Source: Tubiluchus corallicola
Lineage: Eukaryota; Animalia; Priapulida
DNA length: 25,006 bases
Direction of reading: 5' to 3'
NCBI GenBank assembly: GCA_030141605.1
Contig: JAQGDQ010002471.1
Coordinates: 1-25,006, forward strand
Both the position numbers and the translations under genes were made by a program. The notes beneath the pieces were generated by a model, which was not told the origin of the DNA, ran no database searches, and saw only the letters and a program-made list of their open reading frames with translations. Positions 16,954 to 25,006 of the stretch are shown here, piece by piece. Each line of letters begins with the position of its first letter. Position 1 is the first letter of the stretch.

Positions 16954-17292
16954 TTAAAATGTATATAAGTCAGCTCCAAATATAAAACCTATAACTACTT
17001 CTATTAAAGCTACAATCAATAACCCGACAATTGTATTAACAAATATTTTTCTTGCTCTATCAGGATTTGACTGATACTCCCACATACCATATCCAGCAGC
17101 AATTAATGCAGTAATACCTGCAAGTGCCATCATTAACCAATTTGCTGCACGAAATATTTTAGAAATTCCTTGCCCCAATTCGCTCGTTTTAACATCACTA
17201 TTGAGAACACCCTGTGCCATTAGAAAATCTGTTATAAAAAACATTAAGCATAACACCATTATTAACTTCAATAACCTTTTTTTCATAATCAT
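16954..17292 (-). CDS. traE: Pilin-like TraE/VirB2 (TrbC/VirB2 family)
   Basis: Leader peptide plus two hydrophobic helices split by a short charged loop (WEYQSNPDRARK). Confidence 0.7.
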   Translation of the reverse strand: MIMKKRLLKLIMVLCLMFFITDFLMAQGVLNSDVKTSELGQGISKIFRAANWLMMALAGITALIAAGYGMWEYQSNPDRARKIFVNTIVGLLIVALIEVVIGFIFGADLYTF

Positions 17293-17309
17293 AATTTTTA
17301 GTTTGTTAA

Positions 17310-18209
17310 TTATATATCCAATTCTTTTTTTATTCTGTTTGGCACTGGAAACGAATTACTAAATTCGTTATGCGTAATTGAAAATTCTATAAATCTACCA
17401 TCTTCTTTGTCATATTTATCATCAGCATTTAAACGCAATACCATTGTACTTCCTACATTAATATTTGACTTAAAAGCTACAACTATTAGCCTCTGTATTT
17501 CATTCTCTCCTATATTTTTTGTTCCAAAAACTTTACACGGTACTATTTTATCTTGTGAGGTTACATTACTCTCTTTCTTACTATCTTTTTGAAGTGCCAA
17601 AAACGTATAATCTACAACAAATAATTTTTTTCCACGATTAATAACATCAATAAAAAAGTAATAATATATACTATCATGTGCAATTGTCCCCATTACCGCT
17701 CTCATATTATGCCCATTATACGTAAGTGAAACATTTTGTTTTAACTTAGAAGTCTTTACCTTTTGTTTTTTTAACTTAGAAGTCTTTATCTTTTTATCCT
17801 CACTAACAATAACATCCTTTTTTTTTACTTTTATTGTATCCTCTTCTATCATTATTTCTTTTTTTACTATTCTCCTTTTTTCATTATTTACTTCTCCCAA
17901 AACAAAAACAAATTTTTCTATTTTTTCCCTATAAGAAATAATATATACAAATGTTTTTCCATCTTCTGTTAATAAAACAACGTTATTTTTTTCTTTAAAA
18001 TAACCTTTAGCCGTTATACATAACATGTTATCTATTTTTTCTATTTCATAATTTTCAACCCCAGAACTACTTAATGCACTCACATTTTTATTATGTAAAT
18101 TAAGACATACACTATTAGTAGAATTAACATATATAGTATCTACTTGACTAAAACTATTAAATGTTATAAAAAACATAACTATTATTAATTTTAACTTTTG
18201 TGCCATCAT
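17310..18209 (-). CDS. traN: Conjugative transfer protein TraN (VirB9-like, DUF4138)
   Basis: Signal peptide; NMLCITAK, LLTEDGKTFVY, GRFIEFSI patterns; internal 30-bp duplication at about 17739-17794. Confidence 0.75.
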   Translation of the reverse strand: MMAQKLKLIIVMFFITFNSFSQVDTIYVNSTNSVCLNLHNKNVSALSSSGVENYEIEKIDNMLCITAKGYFKEKNNVVLLTEDGKTFVYIISYREKIEKFVFVLGEVNNEKRRIVKKEIMIEEDTIKVKKKDVIVSEDKKIKTSKLKKQKVKTSKLKQNVSLTYNGHNMRAVMGTIAHDSIYYYFFIDVINRGKKLFVVDYTFLALQKDSKKESNVTSQDKIVPCKVFGTKNIGENEIQRLIVVAFKSNINVGSTMVLRLNADDKYDKEDGRFIEFSITHNEFSNSFPVPNRIKKELDI

Positions 18210-18220
18210 TTTTTCTCAAC

Positions 18221-18820
18221 TTATTGTTGTTTTATTTCTGTATGAATAAAATTAATATATAACGCATGTGGATTATTTGTTGTCCGTTCCTTCAAATTTA
18301 TAATTTCAAAATCTATATCCATTGTCCACAAAGAAATTCCCAAATCACTATCTACTTCTATTACCCCTTGTGCAATAACTTTATACGGATACGCCACATT
18401 ATCAACTTGAATATTTAACTCTTTTACACGTTGAATTACATTATACTGTTTGACATTGGCAAACCAATTTTTATTATTTAATTGATTATATAGATTATAA
18501 AGTTCATCACTACCCAAAAATAATGCTTTATTAATTCTACTTTCATAATTGGAATAATCTATCTCAAAAAATAAATAATAGAATAAACGCACGTGTGCTT
18601 CCACTTCTACATGACGATTAGCAGCAGCATATCCTTTATTTGCTATTAAAACATCTCCACTCTCTGTTAAAAGATAGATAGTATTTGCATTTTCTTTATA
18701 ATGACTATCTGTCAACACCATAAATACTACAACAATAACTACTATTCCAAGAACAGATAATATACTAATAATCCTTGCAGTGGTATGAATACTTTTTAAA
18801 CTTTTTAAATGTTTTAACAT
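18221..18820 (-). CDS. traK: Conjugative transfer protein TraK (VirB8-like)
   Basis: IYLL, NRHVEVEAHVRLFYYLFF, INKALFL.S, RTTNNPH; ATG at 18820 preferred. Confidence 0.9.
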   Translation of the reverse strand: MLKHLKSLKSIHTTARIISILSVLGIVVIVVVFMVLTDSHYKENANTIYLLTESGDVLIANKGYAAANRHVEVEAHVRLFYYLFFEIDYSNYESRINKALFLGSDELYNLYNQLNNKNWFANVKQYNVIQRVKELNIQVDNVAYPYKVIAQGVIEVDSDLGISLWTMDIDFEIINLKERTTNNPHALYINFIHTEIKQQ

Positions 18821-18835
18821 TTTAATACACACTTT

Positions 18836-19939
18836 TTAACCTGAAACACTACCATTACTATCACCTGTTACATCATCTCCTATACGACTTCCCATACTCG
18901 TTCCACCAAGTGATTTTGCAATTTTTGAATAACTTGACATAACAATCATATTAATTGTCGTTCCCACAAAACCACCTGCCTCGCCTTGTCCAGTTATATA
19001 TGTAACAATAAATGGCACAGCAAGTTTCAAAACCATAGAAGCAACATATATAAGCACCGTAAACCACATTGTATTCACTCCTACCCCATCAATAAAAAAC
19101 TTCATAGATAAAGAGTATATAGATGTTGTAACTACATCTATTAAAGAAATTACAAGTATCCACAAAGAAATATTCACGAATGCTGTAAACCAATGCTTGA
19201 GTGCTCCAGAAAAAGCAGGTATCATACTAAAAATTATTGCGAATGGAAGTGCAATTCTCAAAAAAGCAATCAATATTAACCACACTATTACTACAACAAA
19301 GGCAACCATATCACCTAAAAATTTAAGAACTCGATATATAAAATCTTCAACAGATAAAAGCCAAAAAGCCTTTTCACTTTTCATTTCATCTAATGCTTTA
19401 TCAAAATCACTGCTCATTTTATGTGCATCTTCCATTGCACTACCCTCTAACAAATCTTGTGCTATAACCTCATTTTTAATTTTTCTTAACTCCTCAATAT
19501 CTCCTTCCCATAAAACCTTATGTTCCCCTTCCAAATCCTCCAATGTTTTCAAACTTGCTTTAATATAGGCGTCAGCAAAAATATCATCTGCATATTTCTC
19601 ATAATCTCCACCTATTGCTCTTTGCACTACACTTTCTTCTAACCACTTACCTGATTGACGCACTGTTAACAAAGCATATTCCAATAGAGGCATAAATACA
19701 AATGCCAATGCTAAAAACATTAAACGACTAAAATATTTAATCACCACACTTCTCATATCTCCTTCCCCTGTTGCTAAACACCGAATAATACTCCATCCCA
19801 TACCTATCATAAAAGTTATTCCACCCAAAGCGTAGAAAATCCATACTATACCATATATACCCATCAAATTCCAAAACCCTTTAGAAAACAATTGTTCCTG
19901 ATCTAAAAGATATTCTATTAATTCTTGTATTGCATTCAT
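18836..19939 (-). CDS. traJ: Conjugative transfer protein TraJ (VirB6-like)
   Basis: Polytopic membrane protein; L.I..PFAI.FS.IP.F...L..W....V...LW motif; directly upstream of traK. Confidence 0.85.
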   Translation of the reverse strand: MNAIQELIEYLLDQEQLFSKGFWNLMGIYGIVWIFYALGGITFMIGMGWSIIRCLATGEGDMRSVVIKYFSRLMFLALAFVFMPLLEYALLTVRQSGKWLEESVVQRAIGGDYEKYADDIFADAYIKASLKTLEDLEGEHKVLWEGDIEELRKIKNEVIAQDLLEGSAMEDAHKMSSDFDKALDEMKSEKAFWLLSVEDFIYRVLKFLGDMVAFVVVIVWLILIAFLRIALPFAIIFSMIPAFSGALKHWFTAFVNISLWILVISLIDVVTTSIYSLSMKFFIDGVGVNTMWFTVLIYVASMVLKLAVPFIVTYITGQGEAGGFVGTTINMIVMSSYSKIAKSLGGTSMGSRIGDDVTGDSNGSVSG

Positions 19940-19969
19940 TTTTTCTTTTTTAAATCACAATTATAAAAA

Positions 19970-20647
19970 TTAATGTCTCCTCTCTAAAGACATTTCTCTT
20001 AGAACTAAATCTTGATATACTTCATAAGAGTACAATCCATTTTCCCAACGATTCATATGAATAAGTGCCATAGCAAACCTATCAGTTAGCATTAATATAC
20101 GAATATGTCCATCTAACTTTGTATTTATCTTTTCAAGTTCATTCATAATAGTAAAAAAATCCACTACATCTCCCTCATTTCCCGTTTTAAAAAAATTAAC
20201 ATCAAAACGAACTTTTATAATTTTTGCCTTAAAATCTTCTAATTGCTTTCCGATATCTGTCGACTGCTTATACGAATAATTTAAAAGTATAGATACTAAC
20301 TCTGCTTTTTCTGCTAAATTAATTTCATAATTTTGTAAATTACGTTGAATATCTCCATATAAATTATATATTATCCGACCCTTGCGAATAGTTCTATCAA
20401 CTGTCTCACTTGCCCTATATAATAAATAAGTATTATCAATTACATTATTAGCTTGACTCAAAATATCACTTAATGCTTTCCCCATTCCACCATCATCACC
20501 CCATAGATTTTTCATTATATTCTGCATTCCCAAAAACAAACTTAAACCAGCACCAATACCAAAAAATCCTTTTGTTTCTGATGACGGAGTAAAAAGGAAA
20601 ATAATTGATAAAAAAACTAAAACAATTTTACTTTTTATTTTTTTCAT
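19970..20647 (-). CDS. Exported helical protein in the TraI (VirB5-like) position
   Basis: Signal peptide, helical sequence, located between traG and traJ; positional call. Confidence 0.6.
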   Translation of the reverse strand: MKKIKSKIVLVFLSIIFLFTPSSETKGFFGIGAGLSLFLGMQNIMKNLWGDDGGMGKALSDILSQANNVIDNTYLLYRASETVDRTIRKGRIIYNLYGDIQRNLQNYEINLAEKAELVSILLNYSYKQSTDIGKQLEDFKAKIIKVRFDVNFFKTGNEGDVVDFFTIMNELEKINTKLDGHIRILMLTDRFAMALIHMNRWENGLYSYEVYQDLVLREMSLERRH

Positions 20648-20649
20648 AT

Positions 20650-22998
20650 TTATAACTGTTTATTAACAAATGTTTCTATAGCATTCTTTAAATTACCTTT
20701 TCCGTCTTTGTCCAAAAGATTATTTATTTCTACCACTTCATTCTTTGTTGTAGTGAAAGCAGCATACGAATAAGGTGATACCAATAACTTAACAACATCT
20801 ACATTATCACCTCTTTTAATAAATAAATCTTTTGGAGGAACACAACTAAAAAGCAGGTTTATTTGTTCCTCTGTAAAACCAAGAAAATCTTTATTCCGTT
20901 TAATATTTTCCTCTTTTCCTAAATGTGATAATAACATAAAAATAGATGCATTACCTAATATTTGCTTACCGTTAGAAGAATTAGTAATATCCTCAACGTC
21001 TTGAACAATTATGCTTATTTTCCCGCCAGCCTTTCGAATAGTTTTAAACAAATACAAAATAAAATTTGATAATGATGATAGAGACAAAAATTTCCAACAC
21101 TCATCCAAAACTATTGATACATGTCCTTTATTATTCTTTAACATACGTTGCACACTATCTATTATTACCAACATTACTAAATCTAATAACACCTTATGTT
21201 CTTTAATAGCATCCATTTCAAAAACAACAAAAGGATTATCAATAAAATTTCTGTCTTCCTTATTATTAAATAAATACCCAAATTCACCACCTGTAATAAA
21301 CATTTCTAACACTAATAAAAAATTGTCCACTTGAAATATATTAGGTATCAAGTTTTTGTTTTCTTTATTTGTTTTTATAAAATCAAAAAAATCATCAAAT
21401 ATTACAACCTCATTTTTTCTTTCTTTGAAAAAAGAAGTAATAACCTTTCTAATAACTACTTCCTCTTCCTTAGAAAAAGAATTACCTTTTTTCCATATAA
21501 CTTCAAACAATGCTATTAAAAAATGATATTTATCTTCTGATAAACCATCTTTACCTAAAAAAAACGGATTAAACGACAAAGAACTCTTATCTCGGTCATC
21601 AAAAGTGTAGTAACGTCCTTTTAACAAACTTGTAATACGCTTATAAGAATGACCAATATCTACAACAACAGTAAATCGACCCATTTCAAATTCATGAAGT
21701 AACAAATGATTTGTAACAAAACTCTTTCCAGTACCACTAGGACCAACCACAATACTATTGTGGTTGGTCAAACTCTTCTTTGCCAAATCTACTTTTGTAG
21801 GAGTCCCTTCGTTACGCTCAAAAAAAACAACTCCATTTTCTTCACTTTGCCTAATAATAGTATCCAATGGAAAAAAGCACAAAGCATTTTTGAGAAGTGT
21901 AGTATATTTTTCTGTGTGTGGAAGTTTCCATGCTCCACCACCACATGAAGCCAAAAAAACGTCTTGTAACGAATTACTTACTCTACATGGACGAATACCT
22001 TCTAACCTCTTAAGCGATGCCTCTACATCGTTCTGTGCCTTATTTACAACGCTTTTTTTTGCAAAAGCCGTAACATTAAAGTGATGTTGTACTCCTATAT
22101 TTCCTTTTTCTAACAATTCAAAAAAGGATTCATGCTCTTTTTGGGAAGTAAATTGCCGAAATATCTTTCTTCTTCTTACATTTTCTAATACTTCTTTTTT
22201 AAGCGATTCCTTACTACCAATATAAAGTATATTATTAATAACATGTTTATATCTTATATTTATACATGGAAAAGTATAAGATCCCCACATTTTCTGATGT
22301 GCATTAGAAAGTAGATTAGAATACCTACTATTATAAACATTGTCTGATAACTCTGCATCCTGATTAATAGCATATATTATAATTTTCTCATCTCCAAATT
22401 TATCTTTATCAAAATTTAAATCTCGCAAAATTTTAGCTTTACTGTTATCCGTAAAATTATAAGAAAAAAAAGAATTATAATAATTACCTATATCTTCATC
22501 ATTCATTCTTTTCAATTTATAACTACTTGATAACAAATCGCACATTTGTTCTAAACTACTAATAAACTCAGGCAATTTTTTATATGATGATAAAGACAAG
22601 TTCGATACATTCCGAAACCTTTTTGTAAAAAACAAATATGATCTATGAGACATAAACCGCTTATCTTGATGATATTTCTGTTCTTTTTTTCCCAACCAAG
22701 TATTACGCTTTCTTTTTTGAAAAAACATTTCTTCATTTACCTTATCAAAATAATAACAATCCTGCTTATGCACAATAACATCTTCACCAATAGAAGCTAT
22801 TGCACGATAAAATAACTCAATAAAACTACAATAATCTTTATCCGTATTAATAGAAAACATCAACGGACTACTTTCTACAATAAAAGGAATAGTTATACTT
22901 CCATCGTTACCAATGATCACATTTTTATCAACAGCAAATACTGGCATTATTTCTAAAAGATATTTAATATTAATATTTCTGCTACGCATAACAATCAA
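20650..22998 (-). CDS. traG: TraG VirB4-family conjugation ATPase
   Basis: VHKQD, TNHNSIVVGPSGTGKSF (Walker A), VVVDIGHSY, SFNPF, FVVFEMDAIK, LDECWK (Walker B), LFKTIRK. Confidence 0.95.
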   Translation of the reverse strand: MIVMRSRNINIKYLLEIMPVFAVDKNVIIGNDGSITIPFIVESSPLMFSINTDKDYCSFIELFYRAIASIGEDVIVHKQDCYYFDKVNEEMFFQKRKRNTWLGKKEQKYHQDKRFMSHRSYLFFTKRFRNVSNLSLSSYKKLPEFISSLEQMCDLLSSSYKLKRMNDEDIGNYYNSFFSYNFTDNSKAKILRDLNFDKDKFGDEKIIIYAINQDAELSDNVYNSRYSNLLSNAHQKMWGSYTFPCINIRYKHVINNILYIGSKESLKKEVLENVRRRKIFRQFTSQKEHESFFELLEKGNIGVQHHFNVTAFAKKSVVNKAQNDVEASLKRLEGIRPCRVSNSLQDVFLASCGGGAWKLPHTEKYTTLLKNALCFFPLDTIIRQSEENGVVFFERNEGTPTKVDLAKKSLTNHNSIVVGPSGTGKSFVTNHLLLHEFEMGRFTVVVDIGHSYKRITSLLKGRYYTFDDRDKSSLSFNPFFLGKDGLSEDKYHFLIALFEVIWKKGNSFSKEEEVVIRKVITSFFKERKNEVVIFDDFFDFIKTNKENKNLIPNIFQVDNFLLVLEMFITGGEFGYLFNNKEDRNFIDNPFVVFEMDAIKEHKVLLDLVMLVIIDSVQRMLKNNKGHVSIVLDECWKFLSLSSLSNFILYLFKTIRKAGGKISIIVQDVEDITNSSNGKQILGNASIFMLLSHLGKEENIKRNKDFLGFTEEQINLLFSCVPPKDLFIKRGDNVDVVKLLVSPYSYAAFTTTKNEVVEINNLLDKDGKGNLKNAIETFVNKQL

Positions 22999-23258
22999 TT
23001 GTCTTCTTCTATCCTCCTACCTAATTCATCTAAATCAATTCCTTTAATTTCATCATCAACCTTACCACCTTTTTCTACTACACCTACATTTCCATAACTA
23101 TCTGATAGCTTATCAGCTATTTCATCAGCTATATCTTCAAGTTCTTTTTCTGTTAACTCTTTTTGTTTTTTTGACTTGAAAATAAAAAAGAGATATGCTA
23201 ATAACCCCAAAAAGGCTACTCCAAATATAACAGCAATTATAACAACATATTCATTCAT
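22995..23258 (-). CDS. Small N-anchored membrane protein with an acidic tail
   Basis: One N-terminal TM; overlaps the traG start. Confidence 0.75.
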   Translation of the reverse strand: MNEYVVIIAVIFGVAFLGLLAYLFFIFKSKKQKELTEKELEDIADEIADKLSDSYGNVGVVEKGGKVDDEIKGIDLDELGRRIEEDN

Positions 23259-23270
23259 AATTATTTTTAT

Positions 23271-23750
23271 TTAAGTTAAAACCAACTTACATTCCTTTAT
23301 AGAACGTTCTAATTTATCTTGTATTACTTTTAAATTATCACCACGAAAAATACCCCACAAAATACCATTTACTAATGACGTTGCACTAATATTTTGAACA
23401 GAACAAAAAACATTAAGTTTTTCTCTTAAATCCGTTTCTAAATATATTACTTTATTTCTATCTACATTATAAGTAGCTTTTTTAGTCAATAATTGTTCCA
23501 AATCTAATACAAGGAGACTATCGCTCGATTTCAATATTTTCTTGCTTTTTTCTCCCTTTGTTGTTTGTTTTAATTCCTCCTTCTTTATTACTTGTTTTGC
23601 TTCCTCTTTTGATACTTTATTCTGTTTTTCATTTACTTGTAATTCTTTCTTCTCTTCAGGTTCTTTACCCTTATTTTTAAATTTTTTACCCCCAAAACCT
23701 TCTAATAAATCATCAAAATTTTTTGGTTCATTTGCTTTCTTTTTATCCAT
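23271..23750 (-). CDS. ParA partner, TraB/DUF3408-like ribbon-helix-helix DNA-binding protein
   Basis: Disordered N-terminus; C-terminal KVIYL...LREKL......IS...LVN.IL RHH-type pattern; coupled to parA. Confidence 0.6.
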   Translation of the reverse strand: MDKKKANEPKNFDDLLEGFGGKKFKNKGKEPEEKKELQVNEKQNKVSKEEAKQVIKKEELKQTTKGEKSKKILKSSDSLLVLDLEQLLTKKATYNVDRNKVIYLETDLREKLNVFCSVQNISATSLVNGILWGIFRGDNLKVIQDKLERSIKECKLVLT

Positions 23751-23753
23751 AAT

Positions 23754-24578
23754 TTATTTATTTAATATGCCTGCAGTGAGTAGAACTTCTGTTGCGAAAT
23801 TGAAGAATAATTGATAATATTCATATTTTTTATTATTTATTTGTATCATAGTATTAAACGGAAAAATTGTACTTACTTCTTTTTGTATTTTTGTGTTTTC
23901 ATAAACAACAGAAATCAAAAAATCTAAGTTATATTTTTCTTTAAACTCCTTCTTTACAAAGCTATATAGATCTTGATTTTTATGCGATATATATCTTGTG
24001 AAAAATAGATAAATCTTCTTCAACTCAGGAATAATCTCATTCGTTTTTAATCTTTCTATCAACTGTATATATTTCTCTGTACTATCAACTGTAGTTACAT
24101 CAAATGTAGTAGGAATGTACAAATAATTAATGGTTTGAACTATATTAGCAACCCCCGCTTGTTCAATAGAACCGGGCAAATCCACTATTATTAAATCATA
24201 TTCTCCACTTTTTAACAACTCATTATATTTTTCTAAATCTTTCTTTTCTGTCGTTTTAATTTTATAAAAATCAAAAGGTTTAACCCTTTCTTCTCCGTAC
24301 TCTTGAGCAAATTTATCTGCTAACTCTTTATCTGACTTCATTCTACTAATATCTGATTTTCTTAAACTGTGAAAAGATGCTTGTACATCTGCATCAATAA
24401 TACATACATTTATTCTAGAAAATTTATTACGCAAAAAATTTCTTATTGTTTCTTTCTTTTTTCCCTTTGATAACTCTGTATATATATTATTTAGCGTTGC
24501 TACAAACATTGCTGATGTAGTAGTTTTTGTTATTCCTCCCTTTTGCGAAGCAAAAGACATTACCACTGGTTTCTTCAT
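23754..24578 (-). CDS. parA: ParA-family ATPase (CTn TraA-like)
   Basis: FASQKGGITKTT (deviant Walker A), IIDADVQAS, YDLIIVDLPGS. Confidence 0.9.
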   Translation of the reverse strand: MKKPVVMSFASQKGGITKTTTSAMFVATLNNIYTELSKGKKKETIRNFLRNKFSRINVCIIDADVQASFHSLRKSDISRMKSDKELADKFAQEYGEERVKPFDFYKIKTTEKKDLEKYNELLKSGEYDLIIVDLPGSIEQAGVANIVQTINYLYIPTTFDVTTVDSTEKYIQLIERLKTNEIIPELKKIYLFFTRYISHKNQDLYSFVKKEFKEKYNLDFLISVVYENTKIQKEVSTIFPFNTMIQINNKKYEYYQLFFNFATEVLLTAGILNK

Positions 24579-24773
24579 TATAATATTAATCTCAAGTAAA
24601 CATATTAAACTAACAATAATAATACAAACATAATATAATAATTCTATTATGCAAATATATTTTCAATTTATTATTTTAATAAAAATAATATAAACATTAT
24701 ATAATTAACTCAATAAACAATAATATACAAACAAAACTAATCATATTATTAGTTGATAACATAATTAATACAT

Positions 24774-24841
24774 GCTAAGATTATTAATCTTAGCTAACAT
24801 TATTAGCACGCTAACAATGTTAGCACGATAACATTGTTAGC
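24774..24841. promoter_or_regulatory. Array of 15-bp palindromes (parS/operator candidate)
   Basis: GCTAACATTATTAGC (24793), GCTAACAATGTTAGC (24810), GATAACATTGTTAGC (24827), 17-bp period; degenerate copy at 24774. Confidence 0.6.
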
Positions 24842-24866
24842 TCCTATAAAATATAAAAAAATGCAT

Positions 24867-25006
24867 AAATCCTGCTTAAAGCAGGATTTTCTTTATAGTA
24901 CTAATTTGTAAATTAGTACATGCAAGGTGTACTTTTGTCTGACAAAAGTAACCTTGCCCAATGTAAAGTTACATTGGGAGAGAATTTACGCCCTTCGGTT
25001 GCAAAT
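24867..25006. other. oriT-like inverted-repeat cluster
   Basis: Four adjacent palindromes including GCAAGGTGTACTTTTGTC-t-GACAAAAGTAACCTTGC (24922-24957), resembling Bacteroidota CTn oriT hairpins upstream of traA. Confidence 0.65.

Larger units (their letters stand above)
1..25006. mobile_element. Conjugative plasmid of a Bacteroidota host (partial)
   Basis: Rep_3, iteron origin, ParA, CTn-type T4SS, coupling protein and oriT-like site; no chromosomal housekeeping genes. Confidence 0.88.

Noticed and set aside
16371-23814. Short alternative ORFs across the tra region
   Set aside because: Antisense or out-of-frame shadows of tra genes

Overview
AT-rich segment of a Bacteroidota conjugative plasmid. 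Host evidence: T9SS C-terminal sorting signal, CTn-type tra/mob proteins and A-rich translation starts with no obvious Shine-Dalgarno sites. Left to right it contains: a MobC/VirD4 coupling protein inside a 474-bp inverted duplication (probably a fold-back chimera), an SSB-like ORF and a secreted thermonuclease, and a more GC-rich phage-like operon (hypothetical, SNF2-type helicase, IbrA PAPS-reductase/DUF3440, IbrB ParB-like). Next come a Rep_3 initiator with a 22-bp iteron/DnaA-box origin, a lipoprotein + T9SS-cargo + lipoprotein operon, a gene-shuffled CTn-type T4SS (traG-I-J-K-N-E-F-M), parA with an RHH-type partner, parS-like palindromes and an oriT-like hairpin cluster. The most striking signal is in the origin: the iteron array carries ~30-nt inserts copied from two of the element's own genes (ibrB, present twice and antisense; the T9SS adhesin, 28/29 match). 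All inserts sit at the same position of the iteron, between ACCG and CCTGTTTTGACCG, giving a repeat-spacer-like structure with no cas genes in view. Two candidate structured RNAs were also found. All family calls come from motif recognition by eye, not database searches.
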